The notes beneath the pieces were generated by a model that saw only the letters and a list, made by a program, of their open reading frames with translations, was not told the origin of the DNA and made no database searches. Positions 26,963 to 64,000 of a DNA stretch of 64,000 nucleotides are shown one piece after another (position 1 is the stretch's first letter; each line of letters opens with the position of its first letter). A program made the translations under genes and the position numbers. The stretch covers positions 22,818,001 through 22,882,000 of the forward strand of contig CM097885.1 in assembly GCA_044892525.1 (NCBI GenBank), in the 5' to 3' direction. This DNA comes from Schmidtea polychroa (taxonomy: Eukaryota).

Positions 26963-28437
26963 TTTTTCAACAATAAAAGTGTACACGTAAATTTTAGTAA
27001 TTAAAAAGTCAAATTATTTGATTATTGTCTTTCTTATATTTATATTTATTAATTTGTTATTATTTGAACAATTACACCTGCTGAAACTCTAGTAATTTTT
27101 CATTTCTTACTTTTTTCAATGATTGCGTCAGAAAAATATGAATTTTTACATGTTTTGATTTTGAAAATTAATTTTGCATTCAAATTTTAATTAATTCTTC
27201 ATTTAAAATCTATTTCTGCACTCCTTTACACAACAACAACAATATTAATATTAACAATAAAAAATAAAGGAACAACAATTAAGAAACGAATTTCAAAGGC
27301 AATATTAATTATTCAATCCGACCTGGTTGCAACAAACCCCATGCGTCATTTAAACAAAAAATTTCAAATTACGTGCTTGTAAATGCATTTATAAAACGTG
27401 GTTAAAATCATGAAATTTATCCCATCAAATGATTGCTTTTGAATTTTTTCCCCTTCTTAATTGAGTCAATCTCCAAAAATAAAAAACACTTTATATTAAT
27501 TTTCAAAAAGTTTTTCTTTTTTAAGTACAAACGGTCTCTTTTCTTTATAGTAACCTTTTTTAATAATTCTTCATAAAATCGACTTTTTATTAATTAATTA
27601 AATTATTATCGATTATTTTTTACTAATTCTTTTGCAAGTTTTTTTAAAATTAAATTATGAATAATTAATAACCACTTGAATATTTTATATAAATTGTTTT
27701 AAACATACTTTATTATATTAGTTTATGATTTTATTTTATTAAAGTCTTATTATAATTTATATATTAGATTTTAGATTTCAATAACTTCATTTAATAAAAA
27801 GACAATTTAAACAAAAGAAAATTACTGTTCTGAAATTACGAATATTAAATAATTCCAATATTAGAATTAGAAATAAAATTTATTTTCATAGATAGAAAAA
27901 AAACATCGACAACAATTGATGAAATCGTTTAAAACAATGAAAGAGATTAAATTAGAGGTCGTTAAAAATTTAAAAATTCGACTGATTTAAACACATTTCT
28001 AATTGATTTTCTAAAAGAAAATTTGGCTGTTATTGATTGAATGAAGGAGATTGTTAGCATTGAATTACATCATGCTAGGAATAAGAAATAAAGGCAGTGC
28101 TAGGGAATAAAAGCACCAACCAGTTATTATTTAATCGTTTGCTTCATTAAGCCTATTTCTAACCTGCTGTGTCCTCCTCACAATGATGAATACGAAGCGG
28201 CTGCAATAGCATTAGCTGAGAGCAGAATTTGCTTATAGCAATTAGGCAAGACTATTGATGCTTGCCTATTTAATTCGTGTCAAAGTTAATAGTTCCTCTA
28301 ATTGACTGATATCCGCGGTTATTAATATTATCTCCACGCAGAGCTATTATCTGCGCGCTTAGCTCTGTCAGCAAAATAAATTGTCAATATCTTCATCTTA
28401 TTGTTTTAATTTTCTATAATGAATATTATTATTATTA

Positions 28438-28509
<72 letters not shown>

Positions 28510-28663
28510 CTTTTAAATAATTATACAATTATTAATAATAAATATTATAACATATTATCATAATAATATTATCCTTTTAATCTTATAATCGAAAACTTTA
28601 TGTAATAATTATTTTGCAACAAAAAGCCTAACTTATTATTTACTTGCTTAAAATTATTATTAC

Positions 28664-28793
<130 letters not shown>

Positions 28794-30368
28794 TTATTGT
28801 TACTATTATTTATATTATTTTATTATTGTATTATTATAATAATATTATTATTAAAACTATTATCATTTATTTATTTTTAATTATTATTACGTTTTATATT
28901 AATGCAGTCCTTACTGTAATTGCGATTCCTCAATGTACATCAGCATCTCCATAGGAAAGCCTTTATTTATCTTCGGGCGCGTGTTGTTTGCTCCCTCGTG
29001 ATGAATCTCCGTCATTGTTAATCATTCTAATTCACATACGATCTCTTATCTTTCATGTTTAAAAATTGCATTTTTATAATCTATCTGAGAGAAGAGACAA
29101 TTTATTTAATTGTGTATTTTTTAAATAAAATTTTATTGATAAATAAATGTCTTTTAGACAAATCGAAAATGAATAAGAAATATTTATAATTATTCCGACT
29201 AGCTTTGATTTGTTTTATGAAAATACTTTTGATAATTGAGTTAATTAAAACAAAATTACCATGTAATAATAAAATTTTGAATTTATTTTTAAAACATACT
29301 TTAACAATACTAATAATTTTGATTCATCAATAATAATGCCAACATCGTTATTGTCAGCCACAATTTCCTCATTGACAGTATTCTCTTTCTCTTTGTCAGC
29401 ATATGGGTAAATTTAACTTGAAAATAATTTTTTAAAAAATCAACTATAAAAACATGGTTTTTGAAACTCTCTTAATTTCAACATATTTTCGATATAATTA
29501 CGTTATTTCTTTAATCCGAAGTCAATGAATAGATAAGAATTTATATTGAAATAAAGAAATAACATTAGATCTGACATATCAATATTTTTAAAATTAACCC
29601 AATTTCCGGGATTGGATCGATCTGAAATTTTAATAGTATGCACAGTTCTCGACATCGAATCTACTTGCCAAATTTTCAAAATTCAATTCGATCATGGAAA
29701 GTAGGTCAATTTGGCATCACAAAATTTGCGTGGCACATACAAACATTAGCGAAGTTAATATAGAGAGAGTAAAAATCTATCACATGGACCTTGTTAAATT
29801 CTAAAAAATACAGGGCGCTTCAAATAGGCGAAACATAGTAGTAGTGACAGATAGTAATAATTAATAATAATTAATTAATTAATTTAACGATATTATATTA
29901 TAAATTATATTTAGAACCAATATCAGTTTAATGTTAATTAATGAAAACCGATAGAGGTGCTCGTTGGAAAAAAGGTTATTCAAAATTGTGAATAAGGAAT
30001 GTTATTCTCATAAACGCTTTACCTGTAATTCCATTAACACTATTGTTTATAAGTATTTTTTGTTTAAATTAAATTAATATTGAAAATTCAAAATTATTCG
30101 ATATTGTAAAGTTTTAAAGTAAGAGCGTGAAATTTGACAAATTCTTATTACAAAGCTATTATTGAATTTGTCTTATGCCTTTGTCAAGTTTTCATTAAAA
30201 CGAAATCCCAAACATAATATCTGACCCCTCTGTGTCCTTAAATTAAAATTGAAAACTTTCCCAATGTAATTTTGAATAATAACTCCAGACGTACTTTTAA
30301 CTTGACCCACAAATAACAATCGACAACAGGAAACTTTAATGATAATCACAAGTAATTTTCACTACACA

Positions 30369-31006
30369 TAAGGTGACCAGATTTTTAAATTGGAAAAGCG
30401 GGACAACTTTGAAGGAGGGGGGTATCAACAAATATTTTCATATAGAATAAAAATAATATGGTAATATTTTTTGATTTTTAACATAAGTACAATTTATAAA
30501 TATAAAAAATTGTATAATATTTTATTAATTTGATTAACTTAAAATATTTACAAAATTTTATTTTTATATTTCTTTCTAAAATTTCTTTTAAGATTAGGGT
30601 CAGTGATATACTTTTTGTTAACAATATAAATTTGAAGACTACGAGTATTTTAAGCTAAGTTTAAGAAAATTTATATATTTACGAAATATATAAATAAATT
30701 ACTTACCTTAATTTTCTATGGTAAGTAGCAGATTTGTAATATTTATTTGTTTAATTAGCTTCCTTGCACGCCGTACGAACACGAAGTGTATCATCTGAGA
30801 AAAAAATACAATGTAACTGGGTAAGAAAAGCAATATGTTAGTCTTAGTAGTCCGTAGGATTCTTAGAATGCAAAACAATGATTTTCATAAATATAAAATT
30901 TAAGTTAATTCTAAAAGTCGTGACTTTTGAAAAACTTTGCGGGACGCGGGATAAATCGTGAAAAATCGGGAATGTCCCGCCAAAAGCGGGACGTCTGGTC
31001 ACCTTA
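30369..31006. mobile_element. hAT (Blackjack-like) MITE, 638 bp
   Basis: Perfect 13 bp TIR TAAGGTGACCAGA; perfect 8 bp TSD ACTACACA (30361-30368, 31007-31014); repeated CGGGA subterminal motifs. Confidence 0.92.
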
Positions 31007-34000
31007 ACTACACAATGACACAATCGGTTCAACAATCTGGCCGACGATTATACATCGCTTATTACGATATATGTGATGAATAGGACTCGCGTATAATACC
31101 GGGTTTGAAGGATCACTATCTACCGATTGGTTCTAACAAAGGAGGATTTGAGCTGGTTGTTTTCTTGCTGTGACTTGGATTCTACTCGCTAAATCTTTCC
31201 TTTAGCACTCTCTGATCAATAATTAGCTATAGATTCTCCTTTAAATTTCTTCAACAACTTTCTTCAAATATCTCAATAATTTCAATCAATTCTTCTCTGA
31301 CAATTATTCTCTGGCAATTATTCTTTTAACAAATTCGTCTTGGTAAATCTCCATAAATCGTTTTCCACAATTTCTGTTACAATTTTTGTCTCTCCAATTT
31401 ATGTTACAATTTTTCGTCTCTCTCTTTTGTCTCCATTTCTCTTTTATATAGCTCATCAAGTTGTGGTACTTGGGGTTATCTTTCCATTTTTTCCCAATCT
31501 GTCTTTGGAGTACTCCACATAATTTTGCTTCCCACTATCTGAGACAGCTGTCGAGATACTTTCTAATTTCCCTTTTTCATTTGAATCCGCTATCACTGAC
31601 AGGCTGTCGAGATGTGTATTTTTTCGTTTTTGTTTTTTGGAATTTGAAGTTCCTTTTTCCCCTTTTTGTACTTCTTAATTAACGATGACCTTTGTTTTAA
31701 TTTCTCGTTCACTTTCTTTTGTTTGATTCCTTTTTCTCATTTATCATTTCTTTTACTTAAATTTCCTTCTCCGAGTTCCCATAGATCGTCCCGGTTGTCA
31801 TGACAATTTTCTCCAGGGTAATTTTATTTATTTATCAATTATTTATTATTTAGGTATTCTCAACAATATTAACTTTGCAATAATTTACACGTAATGAATC
31901 TAATAAATTATTAAATCTGTTGCCATTTTTTAAATTTTCTTCAATTTTTCATCAGATGGTTTTATTTCGTCATGATTCTAGTAAATTTTTATCCCGTTAA
32001 AAAATTTAAATTCTTTTCAACAGTCGATTTCTACTAATCCCATATCCCAAGCTTATGATTTTAAAATTAATTTTGACAGCCCAATAACTTTATCAATTGA
32101 CTTAGACAGCGAAAACTTTACACTAAAGCACGTGTTAGAGAACGATAACCAAGGAAGTCAAAACCAATTAGGTCCAAAAGGAGCAATTACAAAGATTATG
32201 GGCGTATAGAAGGAAATTTTAAATTCAGATAATCGGCAGTAGCCTCAGGTAGGGAAGAAGAAACTGGCAATAGGAATTTGAGGAACAAAGTCAAGAACTG
32301 AAAAAGGAATTATAAGAGGAACTGAAAAGTTAGAAAAAGGAATATTGAAGGAATTCGGAGCAAAGAGCGGAATATCAAATAAAAAGGCAAAACTTATTTT
32401 TAAATCGCACAAGGTCGAGACTTTCCAGAGCGAATTTAGATTAGGAATTGTGAACAAATCATGGTTAACTAAAGGTTTTTATCATTTATTGAGAATTGTA
32501 AATTTGCTATATACGTTGGGAGTTTGTGTTTATCAATTTTGGGACACGTGGAGTTAGAGTAACCAACGGTCGACTTTTTAATATCATAAAACCCAACAAT
32601 AACTTCCTGAAAACATGTTTAACTAAATACAAAGAAATTTAGTTTGTTAAATTGACATATTAACCCTAAAATTAGCGCTGATAAGCCACGGCTTATCTGA
32701 AAAAAAAGACAATATTTTATTGAGTTGGCACTTTTTATCATTTTAAAGGCCTCGTAATGTTAGATAACGAATTATTTTCCCCACGAAATAATTTTAATAA
32801 CCCAACAGAATAATAAGTATCAATTTTATTGTTAAACTCAAAAAATATGTCTCAAAATATTTATATTATAAATTTGTTTAAATTTTTTAATTAATTAATG
32901 AGTCGAAAAAATTAATAATCAGCGATAATTAAAATTTCCTTATTTTGGTAGAAATCATTAGAGTATTCATTAAAACAAATAATATTAAAACCGATTTTAA
33001 AAGTGAAATTATCAAATGCACTTAGCCGTATTAATTATCAAACAGCACATTTAATTTCTGATATTATTATTTAATTTAAATAATGACTATAAGTAGGGAT
33101 AGTATTTCAAACTCAAATCAAATAATTATCAATCAATTTAAAAGGCGGTCTGGATAATTATTTGTTTTAATAAAACGTTAAATTTGTTATTTTTAACCAA
33201 ATTAAATAAGAAAAATATCAAAAAAATATTTTTCAGCATATATTTTTATTAGATGCTTACTTTAATTAGCAAAATTTATTTTCAAATATATTTTATTAGT
33301 TTTTTTCTAATAATCATTATGAAAATTTTGATATATATATACTATTATTAAATATTGGTCTATTGAAAAATAGTGAATATAGATGTATTTTTTAATAAAA
33401 TAAAATGTTAACCGACACATATGGATACACATATGGACCAGTAAGTTTTATGACAAGTCTTAACGTCTTTAATTGGGCTAAATTTCTTTTATATGCTCAC
33501 TAATTAGTTTTCTAATGTCCGAGTATAGTATCCGCACATCTATGCCGACTGTTATGCCGAATGTTACATTTGTTTTTTTAGTCGATTACGTTGATTGATG
33601 CGGTATATTTAGTGATTTAGTATTCATATGTTCCCTAGGAAAAGGTTGGAAAGAGTTGATGAAATATTAAATAAGAGAAGCAATGCTGTAGTAAAGGATG
33701 TCATGTGTAATTTAGTTTACGCCCATTTAAAATTAGTATTTTTGTTGGGTTACTAAATAATTTCTGCAATAAATGAATTATATTTCGTCTCCACGTCTTC
33801 TTTATATTAAATTTCGACTTGATTTTTTGTTAGTTGTATATATGGCTAAATCAACATCCATAATTCAAAATCTACTAATTTTTCAGGGATAATAAGTAAA
33901 TAATTAACGGTCACTATAAGCCCAATAATTCAATTTTTTTCTCTCTATTTGATATTATACTGTCAGGACTGTAAAACTCGAGAATTTTGCTTTTCTAATG

Positions 34001-34413
34001 ACGTCATTAATATGGTTATTAAAATTTCAATTAATTAATTAATTAATTAATTTGTATTTTTAAATAAAGTTGCCCACAATATATTTAGGGAAATTCTTTT
34101 TTCTTATCCTTTCCTTCGCTACATGTTACACACCTAGAAATGTTGATTTTTCACAATTTTAATTAGTTTTTATTAGATTTTTAATTTGAATTTCTTTGCA
34201 CACTAAATTACGAGTATCACTTAGGGTTTGTATGATTTATATGTTAACTCACAGGACTATTACAGGGTTTACCCATAAAATTTTACAAATGAAAAAACCT
34301 TCAATTTACTTTTTTATTTAATTACAAAATCTACTATTCAAATTTCACTTCAGTAAATTTTAAATATTGAATCAATTACTGGCCATAAATATAATATTAT
34401 AATAATTTTAACT

Positions 34414-34476
<63 letters not shown>

Positions 34477-35299
34477 TCAATATCTGATTTTAAAATTTCA
34501 ATGGGGTCAAATAAAAGTGGCGAAATCCAGTAACTGGGAGTGCTCACAATGATCTCCTAAATACAAAATCCAGTGTTGTATATTCGTGTTAAATATAAAT
34601 ATTGGTAGATAGTCTATATAGAAATGAAAATAAAGAAAATTCATAAAATAAGTTGTTCCAAAAAAGGTTTTCCCATAAATGTTACTGTTTTTAAATTTTT
34701 TAATTTTTAAATATGGTGAAAAAAATGTTATATTATATATAATATATTTTTAATTTAATTAGTTCTTTCGCGTGCAATTTTTAATTTAAATTTTTAAATT
34801 TTAATTAAATTATTAAATTGCATTTCAATTTTAAATTTTTGTAAATAACTATTTCTAATTGAAAGAAATTAAATTTTGTAAATAAATAATCTATTGGCGC
34901 GCAATTATAGTCATTTTTATTGTCAATTTTTGAAAATGTGTTGCGAAAAGAAATTAATTAAATAACTAAAATAAATAAATAATACATGGGCTCTGAGTTT
35001 CAAGTTTAATTTGATGCATCAACGACTGCTCGTTTTCTCACGTCTGTTTCTGTCAATCAACATTTAATAATAATGAGACATTTTAATTGTAAAATTTATT
35101 ATTCACCAAAAGAAGTAATCACGTATTTTTTTAAAAATTTTGTTTAATTATTCACTCAGTACGAAAAGTTACTAAGCTGACTGCTTGTGTTCAATAATCA
35201 ATTACGGAGATCCACCAATATTGAAACTTTATTTGCATTACGAATTTTCAACATTTATTCAAATTGATTCAGTTTTCACAAATATTGTACTCTCTCTCA

Positions 35300-36040
35300 C
35301 ACATTCCAAGGGTAGGTTGTAGTTCCATTTGGAAAGCGTTGGATTGTTTACCTACTAATAGGAAACTTGAGTTATGTTTCACAATCATCATGAGACAGGT
35401 TAGTTTTATACTACAATATTATTTGTCAAGATAGAAGTAATTTTGCTGAAATGAAAGGAACTACAGATTCGGAGCGCAGTGAAGACCAAAGCTACTATAT
35501 TGAAACAATAGATATTGAGACATATAGTGCAGGTCAAGGAAGGAGTTTAGAAAGTACGATGTTAAGAGAATTATGTCTGAAATATTAGTCGAGAATGAAG
35601 TTTTCAAGTCAATATAATTATTTGAAAAATGGACAAGAGGTACAACAACTTCAAACAATAAGGAATGCATTTCATTTTACACTGAAAGGTAAATTGCACA
35701 AAGATTGGGCAGAAATACTTCCTCGGATAAAGTTTAGACTAAATTCGATTTTTCAGAAATAAATTAAAAAACACCAGCTGAATTATTGTTTGGAAAAGTC
35801 TTTCCTTAAATGTTTAGACGTCAATCCAAAATATTTTGAAAAGAAAATTAATAACAGCTTCAGGACATTCAAGGTAAAATACCTATAAAAGAAAGATATA
35901 TGAAATAAAATGATGATAAATTTCAAAGGCCAAGACAAGTTATTGAACTAAGAAATGAAAGAAGCTTCAAAGTAAAAACAAAGATTGGATATGTTTAATA
36001 AGAAACATTGAATGAATAAAATCTTTTAAAAAGAGAGAAA
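35300..36040 (+). mobile_element. Decayed Gypsy integrase fragment ending in a PPT-like tract
   Basis: KDWAEILPRIKFRLNSIFQK*IKKTPAELLFGK at ~35700-35800; AAAAAGAGAGAAA followed by TG at 36041. Confidence 0.65.
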
Positions 36041-36599
36041 TGTGAGATTTTTAAATTTTAAAATATTAATTTTCAAAAATATAAAAAGATAAAGATTTGA
36101 AAACCTGCATATTCAATAAAAATTTATAAATTTAAAATGAAAATTAATTGAATCGAATTTAAAATGATTAAAAATGAATTTAGAAGTAAATATATTTAAG
36201 GCTTTCATAAAAGGCTAAAATTATATTTTAATATATAAAACAATAATAAATAAAAACCTTTATATATATTTTTAAATTTCCTTGAACTTTGTTTACTTAA
36301 CTTTGGTGATGAAAAATAATTATTACTTTATTTGAACTTTCTAATTATTGACGGATGTTTTAAATACAAGGAGTTCAGGAAGAAACAATAACTGTAATAT
36401 GGGTCTTGTTAAAATAAATAGGTGACTAGTCAATTATTGATTATCAGTAACTAAATTATTCTTATTCTTATGTTTCATAGACTTCCTTCTTGATTTTACT
36501 ACTTGACACTCTTATTCTAGTAGTTCCCGTAGAATAATTAATGACGAATAGGATCACCGACAACCGTACATGATGTACATAAATTAAAGCTACCTATGT

Positions 36600-36947
36600 T
36601 CTCTTTTAAAGGTGTCAAGAATGAAGTTACATTTGTATACATAGTTGGACAAATGTGCAGAACATACCCATTGTTAACTTTCTTGCAGCTACTGATGATG
36701 GCTGTAATATTATCAGTGCTTTGAATACGGCCGAAGAAGCAAAGACGGATCGTTTATTGCTGGTAAGATATTGAAATGCATCAAATCGTATGGCAAGGAA
36801 TTTGTTGTACTAATTATTACAGACAATGCGTCAAATTGTGTTGCAGCATATTTGACATTACAGCAGGTGTATCCTAATTTACCTTTTTCATCATGCACGG
36901 TTCACTGTATGGATCTTTAACTTGAAGACATAGGGAAACTGCCGTAA
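36600..36947 (+). mobile_element. Decayed hAT transposase fragment (DUF659-like)
   Basis: WTNVQNIPIVNFLAA...VVLIITDNASNCVAA...YPNLPFSSCTVHCMDL*LEDIGKLP, with frameshifts and stops. Confidence 0.8.
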
Positions 36948-37069
36948 ATATATAGTGCAATTCAAATGTTTCAGATTTTAATTGTTTTTTTTTTTTCAAA
37001 AATTATTCAAAATTTTTTATTTTCAAATATATTTTATTAGTTTTTTTCTTATAATTATTATGAAAATTT

Positions 37070-37113
<44 letters not shown>

Positions 37114-37122
37114 TATTATTAA

Positions 37123-38737
37123 CCTTCTGTCTGTGCATTGGGGTAAAAAGGACCCCAGTCTTTGTAATAAGTGATATAATAAGTTTTTACACCAACTAAC
37201 TATGTCAAGCAACTAGATTTGCCTCAACTAAGGTTTTACACACATATTACAAAAAAATAATCAAAAAAACATTATATATGACGTAGCTACGATAGTTTTA
37301 AGCAATTTAATTATATATTGGTGCATTGGGGTTAATCTGACCCCAATTTTTTTGTTATGCATTTTGAATCAAAATCATATTCTTTCCTTTCTTTTGTATA
37401 GTTTTTTATCAATAGTTTCGAAAAGACTCACCATTTTGTATTTAGTATTACATTTCTTTGTGTTTTAGGGGATTATTATATATTATTAATTATATATTCA
37501 TATAAAAAACTATTTGGTGACTATTTTTATAAGGTGAGAATATTTATATATTTTTTGTGGTTGTTTTGTGTAGTCTAATTTTCTAGGTATATAATAATTT
37601 GGATTGTTATTTAGAATGAGGTACGTGCGGTTGATTACGCATTAAATTTAGTTCATAGATTGTCAGCACCATATATCAATAAAGGACGAACTATAACTAT
37701 GGATAACTTTTTTACAAGCTGTCCATTAGCAGAACAAATGTTACAGAAAAAAACAACAATAATTGGAACAATTCGCGCAAATAAACCAGATCTACCTAAA
37801 GAATTTACGAACAAGGCCGAAATTAAGAACCGAGTCGTGAATTCATCCAAATTTTGCTTCGATGATCATCTGACGTTGGTAAGTTATGTTCCGAAGCCCA
37901 ACAAGAATGTATTGTTACTATCCACTCTACACAATGATGATATTGTTGACCTCGATTCAAATAAACCCAATATCATATTGGACTATAATAAAACGAAGGG
38001 AGGGGTTGACACACTCGACAAATTAGTTCGTACCTATACCTGCAAAAGAAAGACCAAACGATGGCCAATGGTTTTATTTTTTAATATGATTGATCTCACA
38101 GGTATAGCTGCTTATAACCTGTACAAATGTGCCAATCCACAACTATTCATTCAGCGGAAAAGCAATGAACGTAAAATCTTTTTGAAGGAGCTGGCTATGC
38201 AATTGGTAAAGGATTATATATTAAACCGAATATCGAACCCACGGGCAATGAAAAAAAATGTTAAAATCGCTGTTCAGCAAATAGGATATAATATAATAAA
38301 CCTTACACAGAGTTCAACAGCCGAAGGAACAGTGGCAAATAGATCTGTCAGTAAGCGACCAAGATGTTATATTTGCCCTCAATCCGCTGATAAGAAAACA
38401 GGAACAAGATGTTATGTTTGTAATCAGCCATCTTGCAAAACACATATAAAAACCGTTTGCATAAATTGTATCAACGAAGAAGTAATGGATTCGCTCGAAG
38501 AAGAAAACAATGAAATTATGTCAGACGATGCGTCTGGTTAATTTTTTTTATGTAATATAATATAATTTAAATTATCTTAATCTTATATATTTTGAATAAA
38601 AAAGTTTTTTTCATTAATTAATAAAAATAACATGACTATTTTTTAACAAAAAGATCATAAAAAGCATTAAAATATATATGGGGTCGGGTTGACCCCATGC
38701 ACAGACTATGGAAAATTTACTATGCACAGACAGAAGG
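37123..38737 (+). mobile_element. piggyBac transposon, internally deleted (1615 bp)
   Basis: Perfect 16 bp TIR CCTTCTGTCTGTGCAT; TTAA TSD (37119-37122, 38738-38741); subterminal TGGGGT...ACCCCA repeats. Confidence 0.95.
37615..38541 (+). CDS. piggyBac transposase, C-terminal half
   Basis: ITMDNFFTS and YNKTKGGVDTLD catalytic motifs, RWP, and a C-terminal cysteine-rich domain. The N-terminal half with the first catalytic Asp is absent. Confidence 0.88.
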   Translation, partial: NEVRAVDYALNLVHRLSAPYINKGRTITMDNFFTSCPLAEQMLQKKTTIIGTIRANKPDLPKEFTNKAEIKNRVVNSSKFCFDDHLTLVSYVPKPNKNVLLLSTLHNDDIVDLDSNKPNIILDYNKTKGGVDTLDKLVRTYTCKRKTKRWPMVLFFNMIDLTGIAAYNLYKCANPQLFIQRKSNERKIFLKELAMQLVKDYILNRISNPRAMKKNVKIAVQQIGYNIINLTQSSTAEGTVANRSVSKRPRCYICPQSADKKTGTRCYVCNQPSCKTHIKTVCINCINEEVMDSLEEENNEIMSDDASG

Positions 38738-39572
38738 TTAAATATTGGTCTATTGAAAAATTACTGCTTGACTTTTTAATAAAATTTTAGATGAAAAAAC
38801 GAAATTAGAACAGCCAGCAATACACTATAAAAATTTCCAAACGTTTCTGTTAGAAATATTGTTTTTCAATACATTTGGACAAGAATTTGAGAGGATTTTT
38901 CTCCAAAGTCGACGAAATAATTTGAAATACGTTTTCATTTTTACAAGAACATGAAAAATATGCAACACAGAGTTTTCCTAGCATTACGGATAATTTAAAT
39001 TTATTTTTAATTAATAAAAGCAAAAGTAGAGCACGGAGTCTACATTTGGAACACAGTCACAATTAGTAATAGCTCTTATTCAGGGATTATGAGAAATGAA
39101 TTAATCCAACGTCATAGTAAAAATAATAAAAATTAAACCCATGTAAGAAAATCACAATTAATGTAATTTTTATTACTCTTCAAAACATGTTTGGAAAATA
39201 AAAGCAATAATTATTGCATAATTTGCTGAATGTCATCTGAATAGAATTAACGTAGCTGAAACTTGCCATCTCTACACCAGTTTGCATGGAATAAAAGCAT
39301 CTATGATATAAAAAAAATAATAATACTCTTGTATTATTAAAACACACAAACTTACCTGTGTGCAGGATTTTAATGTTACATGGAATAAAAACAAATAATA
39401 TAGAAAATGAGAAAATGAAAAAAAAATTAATTTAACACACAAACACAACATATAATAAAATATGCATATAAACTTTTGATATGTAAAAATGTTGCATAGA
39501 ATAAAACTTCCATGTTTAAAATTTATTTAAAAAACATGACGGAAAAATTTTTTTTTGATCTGCAATCGGATA

Positions 39573-39616
<44 letters not shown>

Positions 39617-40707
39617 TTTGAGTTGTATATAAAATGATGAAAAAAAATTATATTATAAATTTCAAATATTCAACCGGGGAGAAAATCGTAAATTTCAATA
39701 ACTTAATTTAAAAAAAAAATATTTTGATAGAATTTTAGAACATGACAAAATTCGATTAATTAATCGTTTTGAGAATGACAAATATTGCTGAATTAGAAAG
39801 ATTATTGAGAATCACCAAAAAATCGATTGGAACTATAATTTACAAATACAACAAACAAATTTTTTCAGAAGAACTGGGAAATAAATGTATTAAAAAATAT
39901 ATTTAACTTACATTACATTGAAATAATTCCAAAATAAATGTCATTCAAAAGAAAGCTGAAAAGTAATTAAAAATAAATTATAATACAAATGCTGACTTAA
40001 AGTAATATTAAAGAACTTGAATAATGATCTCATAATTATATAAAAATCAAAATTCAAGCCTTAAAATATACTTAAAATTAAAAACCTTACTTGAAACCGA
40101 TTTATAAAATTGCTAAAATAAATGATGTATACACCAACCTGTATTATAATTACTTTTATTCCATGCAAACAGGTGTACTGTGGCTTTTGTCCAATTTCCT
40201 CGTCCTCATTTCCCATCATCATTGCAGTAAAACAAACAAAAAATGCAAATCGTACTCATCAATTAAAAACGTTATATACTTTCCCTATTTTAATCTCATC
40301 TGATTATTAATCCATACAATTCATTCATTCAGCTGTTCCACGTCACTAATAAATGAAATCATTTAAATTTAAAACAAAAAACATTAATGCAATTTGACAA
40401 TTGATTCAAACAACAAGCAGTCTCTAATCAGGGCAAAAGTATACGCTAATACAGAGCAACCTCGAATCCCTTGGGAGAAAAACAGTAGAATGTTACTTAC
40501 TAATAGACTATATATCTTATCCCTTGAAGGGAATCATTTTTAGGCTTTTATTATAAACAAAGAGCGAGACAGTGATTAAGATATTGAGGGAAATTTAGCT
40601 TAATTACTAAAATATTAAAAAAAAATTGTATTCAGTTGATAATTAAAGTAAAATAATAAAACAACAAAAACAAGAAGAAAATCTTTGGAATCTATTTATT
40701 GTTTTAA

Positions 40708-63883
<23,176 letters not shown>

Positions 63884-64000
63884 ACGGTTTTTAAATTTTT
63901 AAACTTATGTTAACGAATATATAAACAACTTTGTTTAGAACTATTTAGAATACTGAATATTTATGATAAAATGGATTATTAATATCTTAATTATAATTTT

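Noticed and set aside
31072..31804. Possible solo LTR (TGTGATG...CATGACA)
   Set aside because: No matching TSD and no second copy in the window; cannot be supported.

Overview
Very AT-rich eukaryotic (animal) genomic DNA with abundant (AAT)n microsatellites and 41-58 nt introns. This is consistent with a planarian/flatworm, but that is inference. Two convergent host genes are present. (1) An NK1/slouch-class homeobox gene (nkx1) on +, with a 6.4 kb intron splitting the homeobox; its 5' exon(s) are not resolved. (2) A 14-exon gene on - (63883 to 40708, 982 aa) that I assembled by hand with phase-consistent GT-AG junctions; it shows colinear remote similarity to GEMIN4 of the SMN complex. The rest is mostly mobile DNA: a very young full-length CsRn1-clade Ty3/Gypsy element (601 bp LTRs, tRNA-Leu PBS, CHCC Gag, two -1 frame breaks), an internally deleted piggyBac whose empty site survives nearby, a second piggyBac-like relic, three hAT MITEs with 8 bp TSDs, Penelope GIY-YIG, hAT, Gypsy and Tc1/mariner relics, two decayed actin copies in introns of the large gene, a polar 12-mer satellite, a long foldback and several tandem repeats. 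No rRNA, tRNA or CRISPR is supported.
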